Positions 20,531-30,279 of a DNA stretch of 64,000 bases are shown piece after piece (the stretch's first letter is position 1; the number at the start of each line of letters is the position of its first letter). The notes beneath the pieces were generated by a model. It did not search any database, was not told the DNA's origin, and saw only the letters and a program-made list of their open reading frames with translations. The stretch lies in IMG/VR virus record IMGVR_UViG_3300028591_000214, positions 442 to 64,441 of that record; one strand, 5' to 3'. Source of the stretch: a virus. Lineage: Duplodnaviria > Caudoviricetes. The translations under genes and the position numbers were made by a program.

Positions 20531-22843
20531 TTAATATCCGGAAAATACTCCTTGATAAACATTGCTATCTCCTGTATTAGAGCGGCAGATTATATTGAAT
20601 GATGTCCCTGCCCCATTCCTTGATAAAATTAATGGAGCATTTGTTTCTGAAATCCTGTATTCAAGTTGACCTAATGCGATATTCATATTCTCTGAATTGG
20701 TAGGATTAATATCTATTTTTGATCCGTCAGAAAGATTGAATCTTAACAGATATACACATCCCACAGGACTTAATGACATATGAACGACTTCATTTGTATT
20801 TTTACGGATTTCCATAAGATTAAATTTATAATTATGGGCAGTATTGTAAAGCCTTAAATTATATTTTCCTTGAGGATATGTAGAATTTTCATCTCTTACT
20901 ACTATAGAAGCAGATTCATAATAATTTGTAATACTTGGTCCTGAATTCTCATCTGAATTTATATCTGTATCCGGACTAATATAATTATATTCAGACACAT
21001 TATCTTCATTCCATACTCTGTTATATACTTTCCATGTATGGAGATTATCTAATTTTATCTTCCTCGGAAGTTCTGTATATATAGTTTCTGGATCAGTAAT
21101 ACTTAATGAAGCTGTTCTAATCACTTCCGCTCCATTCATTCTGTTTACCAAATGGCAGTTATACATAAATGATATAGATTTACATGTGTATCCGTCTATA
21201 GGTTTGATAATCGGGCGATAACTTGTAACTCCAAATAATTCGGCCTCATTTATAGAATTATAGAATGTATATTCATTAGATGCCTGGGAATAATCTATTG
21301 TATTAGTATATGTGGAACTTCTTCTTATTACTTCATAATTAACTATATTCTCATAATAATATATAACTATAAGCTCATTAAGCACAACCCATTTAGAAGC
21401 CTCGTCACCATAGGTATTCTCAAATTCATCTATATCTTCATAATCATTGTCATATAAACCGTAATTATACATATTGATTAATCCTGAATTAATCCTGTCC
21501 ATTATATTCTTATTAAGAATAGGAATGTCTCCTGTCTTTTTATTGGGCACACCGAATCTTGGAGAATAATATATTGTTCCCGTATTAGGATCCTGAATTA
21601 TCTTGCAATTGAAATAATCCGAATTAGATATAGGTTTAATATAACCTGTAGCCGTTTGCTCCAGCATAAAGGTACATTCTTTTTCAAATTTGGATATAGG
21701 AGAACCAAGATTTAAGTCCAGAGAATATAATCTATGTGATCTCCACCCGCCATTATTCTCGTCATAATTTTCTGGAAGTATAGGAGAATATTCAAATATT
21801 ATATCATTATTGATACTTACATTCATTAAAGCGCATAAAGTCTCTATAGAATTATACGGGAATACATAATTATTATTCAGGGCTAATGGATCAACTATAT
21901 CATATCCTTCTTCATCTTGCGTAAGGAACGCTGTGCTTCTGTTATTTTTGTTCCTGTCGAGTTTCATTATCTTCTCGATATTGTCTTTCTTGTCATTAGA
22001 CATCCGTTCAAGCTTAATAGCGAGATAAAAAGGATCAGGCATCCATACATCAATATATCTGTCATAATACCTTGAGCTCATATAAAATGGATTCGGCAGC
22101 CATTTCACTTTTTCTCTTATTTCGGCTTTATTAAATACAAAACTCATTAGTGTTGCCCACTGATCCAGATTATCAATATAATCTTCTCCGTATAAATTAT
22201 ATTCTTTCGGGCGCTGTTTAACTTTAGCCTTTAAGCAAAATCCTTCAGATTGTGAAAATACATATCCTGAAAGAATATAAATCCTTACTTTATTATAAAA
22301 CAGTTTATCCTGGTTTCCTGTATTATATCCGAAAAATATAGGCGTTTCATTATCACTGTCTTTAAAATATGTCTGGATCCTGTTTTCTTTATCATAAGAT
22401 CTACTACTTTGATCTTTTACTAAATTATCAAGTATGTCTTTATAATTTTTTGTAGTTATCAAAGCGGTATTATTAACATTACTGTATGAATCGAATATGC
22501 CAAGTCTATAATATTCCGTTCCACTAAGATTGCGGAATGCTATTGAACTTATACCCGTATTATACCTGTCATTTTTAGAAAGATATTTATTAAATGATAC
22601 ACCTGCCTTATCATCCTCTAAAAATGTATCTATGAGCATAGGATCCTTATAAAGACGATTATTATCTACATCTTTATAAGTCTGCCATACTAATACAGGG
22701 CAATGCTGCATCAGTGGATAGTCTAAATTAGCTGTTTCATTTTCAGAAGTATTAAAATATTCCTGAATAACATCCCATTTATTATATTCATACGAAACCA
22801 GAAGCTGGTTTGTCATTTGCATGTATTTAGTAATCTTTGACAT
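20531..22843 (-). CDS. Hypothetical virion structural protein, 770 aa
   Basis: Long intact N/Y/D-rich ORF in a minus-strand late operon. No catalytic motif recognised. Confidence 0.6.
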   Translation of the reverse strand: MSKITKYMQMTNQLLVSYEYNKWDVIQEYFNTSENETANLDYPLMQHCPVLVWQTYKDVDNNRLYKDPMLIDTFLEDDKAGVSFNKYLSKNDRYNTGISSIAFRNLSGTEYYRLGIFDSYSNVNNTALITTKNYKDILDNLVKDQSSRSYDKENRIQTYFKDSDNETPIFFGYNTGNQDKLFYNKVRIYILSGYVFSQSEGFCLKAKVKQRPKEYNLYGEDYIDNLDQWATLMSFVFNKAEIREKVKWLPNPFYMSSRYYDRYIDVWMPDPFYLAIKLERMSNDKKDNIEKIMKLDRNKNNRSTAFLTQDEEGYDIVDPLALNNNYVFPYNSIETLCALMNVSINNDIIFEYSPILPENYDENNGGWRSHRLYSLDLNLGSPISKFEKECTFMLEQTATGYIKPISNSDYFNCKIIQDPNTGTIYYSPRFGVPNKKTGDIPILNKNIMDRINSGLINMYNYGLYDNDYEDIDEFENTYGDEASKWVVLNELIVIYYYENIVNYEVIRRSSTYTNTIDYSQASNEYTFYNSINEAELFGVTSYRPIIKPIDGYTCKSISFMYNCHLVNRMNGAEVIRTASLSITDPETIYTELPRKIKLDNLHTWKVYNRVWNEDNVSEYNYISPDTDINSDENSGPSITNYYESASIVVRDENSTYPQGKYNLRLYNTAHNYKFNLMEIRKNTNEVVHMSLSPVGCVYLLRFNLSDGSKIDINPTNSENMNIALGQLEYRISETNAPLILSRNGAGTSFNIICRSNTGDSNVYQGVFSGY

Positions 22844-22847
22844 ATGT

Positions 22848-23651
22848 TTAAAAATTAAATATTGAATATTGAATACCTATACCTATATAAGGTCTAAATT
22901 TTAAATCTCCTGTTAATCCTATACCGACTTGAGGACCAATTCCCCATCTTTTTTGTGGAAAATATTTTTTAAGTGTAGGCGATTTTCTTGGATCTATTAC
23001 AACAGATTGAATATCAGATATATTAATATATGGATTATTTGTTTTAGCAATAACTCTTAAATTCTCTTTTTCATCGATTAAATCTAATGTCAAATTTGAA
23101 TTCATTTTAAATTCAGGAATTCTCGAATTAAAATTTCGAATATTTCTGCCCGTAAACGTAGTTTCACCCTTTAATTCATACCATGTCGAATCTTTGGCCG
23201 ACCATTCAAATTTGTAATCCTTTAAATCTGGTATTGCTGCATCAGATGAATTTCCCGGTTCAGGTGTATGGGGAGTTATCCAAACAGTATCATTTTTTCC
23301 TTGTATCTCACGGATTTCTGTTGTCAGATTAGTCTTAGTCAATACTAAAGGATTCGCGTTTTTTAAATTCTTATATTCATTCCATAAATCCTCATTGTAT
23401 TTTTTAAGATCGTTCGCGCTCATAATCAAAGAATTCTTCGCGGCATATTCTTCTCCGAGCTTATTTTTATAGGTAGTTAAAGAGTCCGTTAATATTCCTC
23501 TCTGATTATAATATTCTAATGATTTACCTTTCCAGTAATGGCTATATATAATCAGACCGAGTATTAAAACTCCGCACAAAATAAGAAGCCAATCCTTGAA
23601 AGTAAACTTAGAAACTTTATCTTTTAACCAAGTCTTTATCTTTTTAAACAT
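22848..23651 (-). CDS. Membrane-anchored protein with a C-terminal beta-hairpin/beta-signal, spanin-like lysis candidate, 267 aa
   Basis: N-terminal TM (WLLILCGVLILGLIIY), coiled coil, and C-terminal RWGIGPQVGIGL...PYIGIGIQYSIFNF. Confidence 0.5.
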   Translation of the reverse strand: MFKKIKTWLKDKVSKFTFKDWLLILCGVLILGLIIYSHYWKGKSLEYYNQRGILTDSLTTYKNKLGEEYAAKNSLIMSANDLKKYNEDLWNEYKNLKNANPLVLTKTNLTTEIREIQGKNDTVWITPHTPEPGNSSDAAIPDLKDYKFEWSAKDSTWYELKGETTFTGRNIRNFNSRIPEFKMNSNLTLDLIDEKENLRVIAKTNNPYINISDIQSVVIDPRKSPTLKKYFPQKRWGIGPQVGIGLTGDLKFRPYIGIGIQYSIFNF

Positions 23652-23744
23652 TTTAAAATCATGTTTTTAGTATTTACTTATAAAATAAAGATTATCTATA
23701 AAAACAATTTAAACTTTTGGCTATTAATATATTTTAATATATAC

Positions 23745-25319
23745 ATGGTTTTTGATATAACAGATGATAATAAGTTTATTATAGTTAAGGACGCGAATAA
23801 ATTAGAACTTAACCAATTAAGGCTGTCTCTTACAAGAGATTTGCCTTCAGCTTATATATTATCTAAAATAAGACCTGATCTAGAAACTAAAAAATGTTTC
23901 ATGAATAATTTCGGCATGATTCCTATTGGTTTATGGCTTATGGTTATTAATATATGTAAACAATATGGATATGCATGTGTATTTACAGATAAATTTAAAA
24001 CATATATTTCCATAAATCAAGATTTTAAATATGAAGATTTCAAGAAATATATAGAAAATTTATTTAAAGATTCTGACTCATTTTTTCCGAAAGATTATCA
24101 GATAGAATCCGCGTATAAGGCATTGAAATATAAAAAATGCTGTATTGAGATTTCTACATCTGGAGGTAAAACGCTTATATCATATATTATAGTAAAATAT
24201 ATGATGTCTTTAGGAATTAAGAATATTTTATATATTGTCCCTTCTATTGATTTAGCTTCACAATCTGCGGAGAAATATTATCAGTATGACGGTTTAATTA
24301 AATCCGATACAGATTATATAATAGCGGAGCTTCATTCTAATTTAAAAAAGAAAGAAAAGGAACTGGTGGATAAATGTAATATACTATTTGCGACATTCCA
24401 GTCATTATCCAGAAAAAAACAGGATTTCTTTAAAAGATTTGAAGTTCTACTTATTGATGAGACCCATCATGCCGGTAATACATCATTAAGCAAAATAATT
24501 AATTTTTGTAAGAATTCTAAATATGTAATAGGAATGACTGGAACATTCCCTCATGAATCTAAATATGAAAATTTAATCATTCAATCATATATAGGGCCAG
24601 TAGTATATAGGCTGACAGCAAATGACCTTATAAATAAAGAAAAGTTCGCGACTCCGATTTATGTTATATATGATATTTTAAATTGGGCGACTGATAACGA
24701 AAAAATAACTTTATATAATTCCAGATTATCAGGATCAAAGACAGATGATTTTTCTATCGGGAGTAAACTTTTAAAAGAAGAACAGATATTTGTAAATAAT
24801 TCAAATAAGAGAATGAAATATATTTGTGATCTTGTTATTTCCAGTAAGAAAAATTCTATGGTTCTTTTCGGAGATATTAAATTTAATACGGGTCAAAAAT
24901 TTTATGAGTATATAAAAAAGAATTCTGATAAGAATGTTTATTACTGCGACGGAAACACTCCTTCTAAAAACAGGGAATATTATAAGCAGCAAATGGAAGA
25001 AGATGATACAGGAAATACTATAATAGTAGCATCTATCGGAACAATGGGAGAAGGTATTGATGTTAAAAACCTGTGGAATATATTCTTAATAAATACAGCA
25101 AAATCTGAAAGATTAGTTCGTCAGATTTGCGGCAGAGGCTTAAGAACATATCCAGGAAAAGATAAAGTTCTTTTATTTGATTTTGTAGATGATTTAAAAT
25201 ATGCGCCGAAGGGTATCAGATATAAAAGGGAAAATTATCTTTGGAAACATGGATGTGAACGAAAAAAGATTTATAAAGAACAGAACTTTCCAATTTTTGA
25301 AAGAAAAATAACTTTATAA
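23745..25319 (+). CDS. uvsW: UvsW-like SF2 DNA helicase
   Basis: KDYQ, STSGGKT, LLIDETHH, GMTGT, TMGEGID and QICGRGLR. True start is likely MVFDITDD at 23745 rather than 23661. Confidence 0.88.
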   Translation: MVFDITDDNKFIIVKDANKLELNQLRLSLTRDLPSAYILSKIRPDLETKKCFMNNFGMIPIGLWLMVINICKQYGYACVFTDKFKTYISINQDFKYEDFKKYIENLFKDSDSFFPKDYQIESAYKALKYKKCCIEISTSGGKTLISYIIVKYMMSLGIKNILYIVPSIDLASQSAEKYYQYDGLIKSDTDYIIAELHSNLKKKEKELVDKCNILFATFQSLSRKKQDFFKRFEVLLIDETHHAGNTSLSKIINFCKNSKYVIGMTGTFPHESKYENLIIQSYIGPVVYRLTANDLINKEKFATPIYVIYDILNWATDNEKITLYNSRLSGSKTDDFSIGSKLLKEEQIFVNNSNKRMKYICDLVISSKKNSMVLFGDIKFNTGQKFYEYIKKNSDKNVYYCDGNTPSKNREYYKQQMEEDDTGNTIIVASIGTMGEGIDVKNLWNIFLINTAKSERLVRQICGRGLRTYPGKDKVLLFDFVDDLKYAPKGIRYKRENYLWKHGCERKKIYKEQNFPIFERKITL

Positions 25320-25374
25320 AAATAAAAAAGAAAGTGTGCAAAGAAAAAAGAATTTTCAATATAAATTATATAAA

Positions 25375-25422
25375 AATTTACAAAAGTAAACTATTTCTAT
25401 TTTAAATTTACTTTTGTAAATT
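25375..25422. terminator. 16-bp inverted repeat hairpin downstream of uvsW
   Basis: aatttacaaaagtaaa (25375-25390) pairs with tttacttttgtaaatt (25407-25422). Confidence 0.6.
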
Positions 25423-25523
25423 ATGCGTATATTCTTTTTTCTTAATTTACATTAATTTAAACGACAGTTTTAAAAAAAGTTTAAAAATATCGAAAAAATT
25501 TTAAAATATATATTTTATAAATT

Positions 25524-26552
25524 ATGTCGAAAGATAAAAATATTGAAGAACAGACATTAGAACAATATGTAGCTGCACATGAAAATAATAATCAGCAACA
25601 AGAAGTTATAAAGTCTGATAACATGATTGGCAATGGAATTGTATCTGACGAGATTAGCAATCCCAAAGCATTTGACAGATATAAATCTGCGGCGTCAAAT
25701 CAAGAAGCTCGTGAATTACACAAAGCTGATATGGTGGCAACACAAGAAGAATTAGGAATGGGCTTTATTAATGTTCCTGTAGATACGCTTCCAAGTGAAG
25801 GAATGTTTTATCCACAAGGAACTAAATTTATGATTAGAGCCGCTAACGCAGGAGAAATTAAACACTGGTCAACTATTGAAGAAGATAATACTAATGATGT
25901 GGATGATCATCTTAATTATATTCTTGAACATTGTTTAAGAGTAAAAATGCCAGGTATTCCTAATGCGTCTTGGAAGGATCTTAAAGAGATCGACAGATTC
26001 TATCTTATTTTAAGTATTCGTGATTTTACATTTACAGATGGAAGTAATGAGCTTCAGCTGAAGATTAATGAGAATACTTATATGCCATTAAAAAAAGATA
26101 ATATTGATTTTCTTGAATGGAATCCAAAGCTTTTAAAATATTATAATGATGTAGACAGATGCTTTACATTCCCAACAAAGAATAAAAAAATTGAGAAAAT
26201 CAATGTTTATGTTCCGTGTCTTGGGGTTGGTAATTGGTTAAAAACCTATGGTCAACGTAAGCAACAACAAAAACAAGGTTTTGATATGGATTTCATGTCT
26301 ATTGCTCCTTTACTTCTTCGCGATTATAGGGGATTAAATGATATGGCATATCAATCATTTGTAGAAAGCTGTCAAGATTTCGGTCCATATGAATGGTCAC
26401 TTATCACGCATGTACGTGATTTAATGCAAGATTCAATTGACGCTAAATTTAAATATATTGATGACGGAGGAGTAGAGCAAGAAGCTCCGATTACCTTTCT
26501 CAAGGGCGGGCTCAAAGGATTATTCTTATACGACTTCGACAACCTTCTTTAA
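25524..26552 (+). CDS. Baseplate hub assembly protein (T4 gp26-like), 342 aa
   Basis: TLPSEGMFYP...FMIRAANAGEI and DLKEIDRFYLILSIRDFT resemble gp26-like/tail chaperone proteins. Confidence 0.7.
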   Translation: MSKDKNIEEQTLEQYVAAHENNNQQQEVIKSDNMIGNGIVSDEISNPKAFDRYKSAASNQEARELHKADMVATQEELGMGFINVPVDTLPSEGMFYPQGTKFMIRAANAGEIKHWSTIEEDNTNDVDDHLNYILEHCLRVKMPGIPNASWKDLKEIDRFYLILSIRDFTFTDGSNELQLKINENTYMPLKKDNIDFLEWNPKLLKYYNDVDRCFTFPTKNKKIEKINVYVPCLGVGNWLKTYGQRKQQQKQGFDMDFMSIAPLLLRDYRGLNDMAYQSFVESCQDFGPYEWSLITHVRDLMQDSIDAKFKYIDDGGVEQEAPITFLKGGLKGLFLYDFDNLL

Positions 26553-26595
26553 TGATTTATACCGGAGGTCTGTTGGTAAGAAATGGCTTGAAAAA

Positions 26596-27021
26596 ATGTC
26601 TTCTTACCAATGGACCGGCGGTAGATTTAAATGGGACGTAGATGTTGAGAAAGCTATTGATTGGTGCAGAATAGGAACTGATGATTTATGGCATCATTTA
26701 AATAATTGCTTTAAAGTTCCATATCAAAAACTAATGGAACTTATATTCATTTTTGGTAAAGAATTGCGTCAGCCATATAAAGATACATTAGCTATGCCAT
26801 GGTATGAAGTAGAAATGATGTGGCAAATTTATCAAGATTATATGGAAGAACGTAAGAAACATGATGAAGAGCAACAGAAGAAGTATGAAGAAGATTATGC
26901 CGCAACTAAGAGTTCAATGCCTACCACTAGCTCTATGAACCAAATGATGAGTAATCAGATGGGAGGTTTTAAAACTCCATCAATTCCTTCCCCGTCATTA
27001 CCAAACAATTTTAATTTTTAA
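26596..27021 (+). CDS. gp51-like baseplate hub assembly protein; frame open from 26476, possibly translated as a frameshift fusion
   Basis: FKVPYQKLMELIFIFGKELRQPYKDTLAMPWYEVEMM...QDYMEERKK resembles gp51-like small ORFs that follow gp26-like genes. Confidence 0.6.
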   Translation: MSSYQWTGGRFKWDVDVEKAIDWCRIGTDDLWHHLNNCFKVPYQKLMELIFIFGKELRQPYKDTLAMPWYEVEMMWQIYQDYMEERKKHDEEQQKKYEEDYAATKSSMPTTSSMNQMMSNQMGGFKTPSIPSPSLPNNFNF

Positions 27022-27055
27022 AAATTAAATTAATAAAATAATTTGTATATACAAA

Positions 27056-27466
27056 ATGGCAGAAGATTTAAAAAAGAATGAAATGGAAGAGGTTCAAAAA
27101 ACAGAGGCTGTTGATATGCCAGAACCCCAGGTTACTAACAGTGAAGAGGCTCCTGATACTATGCCAGAACCTCAGACAAAGGAATATGTTAAATATATTC
27201 GCGTAAAACCAAAGTTTAAGGAGATGCTAGAGAATACTATCGGTACTCTCGGCTATAATCAGAATATCGGCACTCCAGATACCCAGATTCAAGTTAATAA
27301 GCTATTCAAGATTATCGAAGATTTTGGTGATAAAATGCCTATCAATGATATGAATCAGTTTATTGTTCTTATGAGTCTCGCTCCATGGAAGATTATCCAT
27401 GAGTTTATGGCAATGATTGAGAAGCCAGAGCTTCAAGCAGAACTTTGGGAGATTTATGAAGCGTAA
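27056..27466 (+). CDS. Hypothetical protein, 136 aa
   Basis: Intact ORF with a duplicated MPEPQ motif, followed by a terminator. Confidence 0.7.
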   Translation: MAEDLKKNEMEEVQKTEAVDMPEPQVTNSEEAPDTMPEPQTKEYVKYIRVKPKFKEMLENTIGTLGYNQNIGTPDTQIQVNKLFKIIEDFGDKMPINDMNQFIVLMSLAPWKIIHEFMAMIEKPELQAELWEIYEA

Positions 27467-27484
27467 TTAAATATGCTAACAATC

Positions 27485-27527
27485 AGAAAGACATTTAGTT
27501 AAATTAAATTAAATGTCTTTCTTTTTT
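27485..27527 (+). terminator. Intrinsic terminator
   Basis: agaaagacattta pairs with taaatgtctttct, followed by a T run. Confidence 0.75.
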
Positions 27528-27562
27528 ATAAACTTTCATATATAATATTAATTTAATAATTA

Positions 27563-28015
27563 ATGGAAGAAGAAAATAAGGAAATAATGACAACAGAAGA
27601 TAAGTTGAAAAATATTCAGGATAAATGGGTTAACATTATTTCTGAATTAAATGTTAAAATGAAAGATCTTCCAGGGATAGATTCATTATTAAATGAAATA
27701 TATTCTAAACGTCAGGATTTATGTGATTATATGTTTTCTGTTTTAAATATATTAAGTAAATTAACAAGACAATATAAAACAAAATATGCTGAGAGATATA
27801 ATTATTATAAATTAGGAAAGAATGGATTAAGGTATAATAATGACAGTGCTATATCTACACAGATAGAAGCTGATTTAGAGGCGGAAAAAACAACAATAAT
27901 GCTTATATCAAATAATGTTGATTTCTGTAAAGAGACATTAAAGACAATCGATAATATGATATATGGCATTAACCAGAAAATAAAAGTGTATGAATTAATT
28001 AACGGAATAAAATAA
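27563..28015 (+). CDS. UvsY-like recombination mediator, 150 aa
   Basis: Helical protein with RYNYYK...LRYNNDSAISTQIEADL...FCKETLKTIDNMIYGI, directly upstream of uvsX. Confidence 0.6.
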   Translation: MEEENKEIMTTEDKLKNIQDKWVNIISELNVKMKDLPGIDSLLNEIYSKRQDLCDYMFSVLNILSKLTRQYKTKYAERYNYYKLGKNGLRYNNDSAISTQIEADLEAEKTTIMLISNNVDFCKETLKTIDNMIYGINQKIKVYELINGIK

Positions 28016-28016
28016 T

Positions 28017-29273
28017 ATGGCAAGACCAAAGAAAAATACGGAAAATATAGAAAGCGGATCAATTTTTGATCTGGTTAAATCAATAGATAATGAGGCAGAG
28101 ATTATAGCTGATAGTGCATATAGTAATATTAAGGATTATATAAGTACGGGAAATTATATTCTGAACGCTGCAATAACAGGGGATATGTTTAAAGGCCTGC
28201 CTACTGGAAGAATCTGTTCATTTTTTGGGCCTAATCAGACAGGCAAGAGTTTCCTTCAATGTTCAGTATGCCGTGAAGCTCAGAAGAAAGGTTATACTCC
28301 AATTATTCTTGACAGCGAAGGATCATTAGATGCAACATTTGTTTCAAGAATAGGAGTAGATCCTACAAAATGCATTATTAAACAGGTTAATACTATTTCA
28401 GAGACTTCTAAATTTATCGCTAATTTATGTAAGGCTTTGGAGGAACAGGAAAAGAAGACAGGTACACATGATAAAGTTATTATCGTATTGGATTCTCTCG
28501 GAAACTTGACATCAGATAAAGAAAAAGAAGATATTATTGCGGGTAACCAGAAAAGAGATCTTACAAAGGCACAAGAAGTCAAAGCAATGTTCAGGGTAAA
28601 TGCCACTCCTCTTGCGAGATTAGGAATTCTTTGGATTGTTATTAATCATTCTTATGCGTCAATTGGAAGTTATGTCCCCACTCAAGTTCAGGCATCAGGT
28701 TCTGGTATTCAGTATAATTCATCTGTGACATTAGAATTATCTACAAAGAAACTTGAGGATAAGGAGAATGATATTCTCGGATCTAAAAAGCAAGGTAATG
28801 AGACGGCCATTAAAAATGGTGTACTGATTACAGCAAAACCTGTAAAATCAAGGTTTACAATTCCAAGGAAAGTTTCGTTCCAGATACCATTCCATAAAAA
28901 GATGAATCCTTATGTGGGATTAGAAGAGTATTTAAATTGGGATAATGCAGGAATAATGTTTGGTAAATTATATACAGAAGCTGAATATTTGAAATTAAAA
29001 CCAGCTGAACAGAATCAATGTAAAGAATTCGAATATGAAGGAGAAAAGCTTTACGCGATGGAAAAGAAAACGGCTATGGGTAAAGTCGGCATGATTGTAA
29101 GACATTTAGGGCAGCAACTTTCCCTGCAGGATTTCTATTCAGAGAAAGTGTTTACTCCTGAATTTATGGAACAGATAAATGAGACTATTATAAAACCGAT
29201 GTTCCAGCTACCTGATCATGATTCATTCGATGATATTAAAGAGTTGGAAGAAATTATGCAGATTGAGAATTAA
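28017..29273 (+). CDS. uvsX: UvsX/RecA-like recombinase, 418 aa
   Basis: ISTGNYILNAAITG, P-loop GPNQTGKS, LDSEG, IVLDSLGNL, VINH and SGSGIQYNSS. Confidence 0.9.
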   Translation: MARPKKNTENIESGSIFDLVKSIDNEAEIIADSAYSNIKDYISTGNYILNAAITGDMFKGLPTGRICSFFGPNQTGKSFLQCSVCREAQKKGYTPIILDSEGSLDATFVSRIGVDPTKCIIKQVNTISETSKFIANLCKALEEQEKKTGTHDKVIIVLDSLGNLTSDKEKEDIIAGNQKRDLTKAQEVKAMFRVNATPLARLGILWIVINHSYASIGSYVPTQVQASGSGIQYNSSVTLELSTKKLEDKENDILGSKKQGNETAIKNGVLITAKPVKSRFTIPRKVSFQIPFHKKMNPYVGLEEYLNWDNAGIMFGKLYTEAEYLKLKPAEQNQCKEFEYEGEKLYAMEKKTAMGKVGMIVRHLGQQLSLQDFYSEKVFTPEFMEQINETIIKPMFQLPDHDSFDDIKELEEIMQIEN

Positions 29274-29317
29274 AAAAATTAAAACCTGAATTTTAATAAT
29301 TCAGGTTTTAATTTTTT
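29273..29317. terminator. Bidirectional terminator (20-bp inverted repeat)
   Basis: aaaaaattaaaacctgaatt pairs with aattcaggttttaatttttt between convergent genes. Confidence 0.8.
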
Positions 29318-30176
29318 AATCTCCTGTATAATTTGAGTTTCTCATGCTTATATTAGATTCAAATCGGGAATCTCCATATGAACGTAGCCAGTCTTTTTCG
29401 GCATAATATCTTCCAGGGCCAGATTCTCCTCCATGTTTTCTGATATATTCTTCTTTTCTTCTTTGATAATCTTTTTCTTCTTGCTCAAGTTTATTTTTTC
29501 TGTCTATATATTCTTGTTCTGCTTCAATTCTATGATGCCTTCTTTGATTTCTGTTATTAATGATTTCGTCTCCATTATCTTTAAACTCAAAAGTTAATAC
29601 AAATCGATATTTAATTTTTTGAGGATTTGGATTATCTAAATAACTGCTTTTAAATACATAGAATAAAAGATTCTGTATTTTTTCTTTACCGAAAATATTA
29701 ATATTTTTTACTATAGCTTGGGCAATATCATTATTTCTTTTTAATGCTCCCACTTTTGATACAATAGTTTTTATTCTTGAATAATATCTGGTTTGAGATT
29801 CACATACAGGTCTACCCGGAATAAGAATCCAGTAATTTTCAGAAAATTGTGGACGGTTTTCATTTCCCATCATCATAGGGCTTAAGACTTTTAAATTTAC
29901 ACGATATTGTCCATATATATCCTGTAGGCTTTGTACATCAATTTCCTCTAATTCCTTTGGATTATCTATATGTTTAATTCCTCCTGTATTTTTTCTTACG
30001 CTTAATGATAATTTCCTTAAATCTTCTGTAAGTTCATTTATTAAATCTTGATCATTATTAAACTTCTCTAATGAAAATTCAAAACAGTATTCAGCATCTG
30101 AAAAATCATATCTATCTATAATAGAAGAGTAATCGTTTATTTTTTTATTAACTAATGCTTCTGAAAGATATATCAT
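29316..30176 (-). CDS. Hypothetical protein, putative internal head protein, 286 aa
   Basis: Starts MIYLSEALVN (L-x-E). AATAAATA upstream. Confidence 0.65.
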   Translation of the reverse strand: MIYLSEALVNKKINDYSSIIDRYDFSDAEYCFEFSLEKFNNDQDLINELTEDLRKLSLSVRKNTGGIKHIDNPKELEEIDVQSLQDIYGQYRVNLKVLSPMMMGNENRPQFSENYWILIPGRPVCESQTRYYSRIKTIVSKVGALKRNNDIAQAIVKNINIFGKEKIQNLLFYVFKSSYLDNPNPQKIKYRFVLTFEFKDNGDEIINNRNQRRHHRIEAEQEYIDRKNKLEQEEKDYQRRKEEYIRKHGGESGPGRYYAEKDWLRSYGDSRFESNISMRNSNYTGD

Positions 30177-30279
30177 AATTAAAAGAGTATTATAAAAATT
30201 ACTAAATATTTTTTATATTTATTATATATAAAGTTATCTAAATAAATATAAAAATACTATAATGTATACTTATAAATAA

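Noticed and set aside
23661-23744. N-terminal extension of UvsW (MFLVFTYKIK...)
   Set aside because: It is AT-rich intergenic-like sequence that overlaps the divergent promoter region. The ATG at 23745 gives a more plausible start.
26552-26641. Short -1-frame ORF (MIYTGGLLVRNG...) overlapping the gp26-like stop
   Set aside because: It is only 29 codons, runs through the hairpin and does not reach the gp51-like domain, so a -1 shift cannot produce the fusion.
15123-29273. Inteins or introns in nrdJ, uvsW or uvsX
   Set aside because: Protein lengths and motif spacing are normal, and no C/S...HN intein ends or LAGLIDADG motifs were seen.
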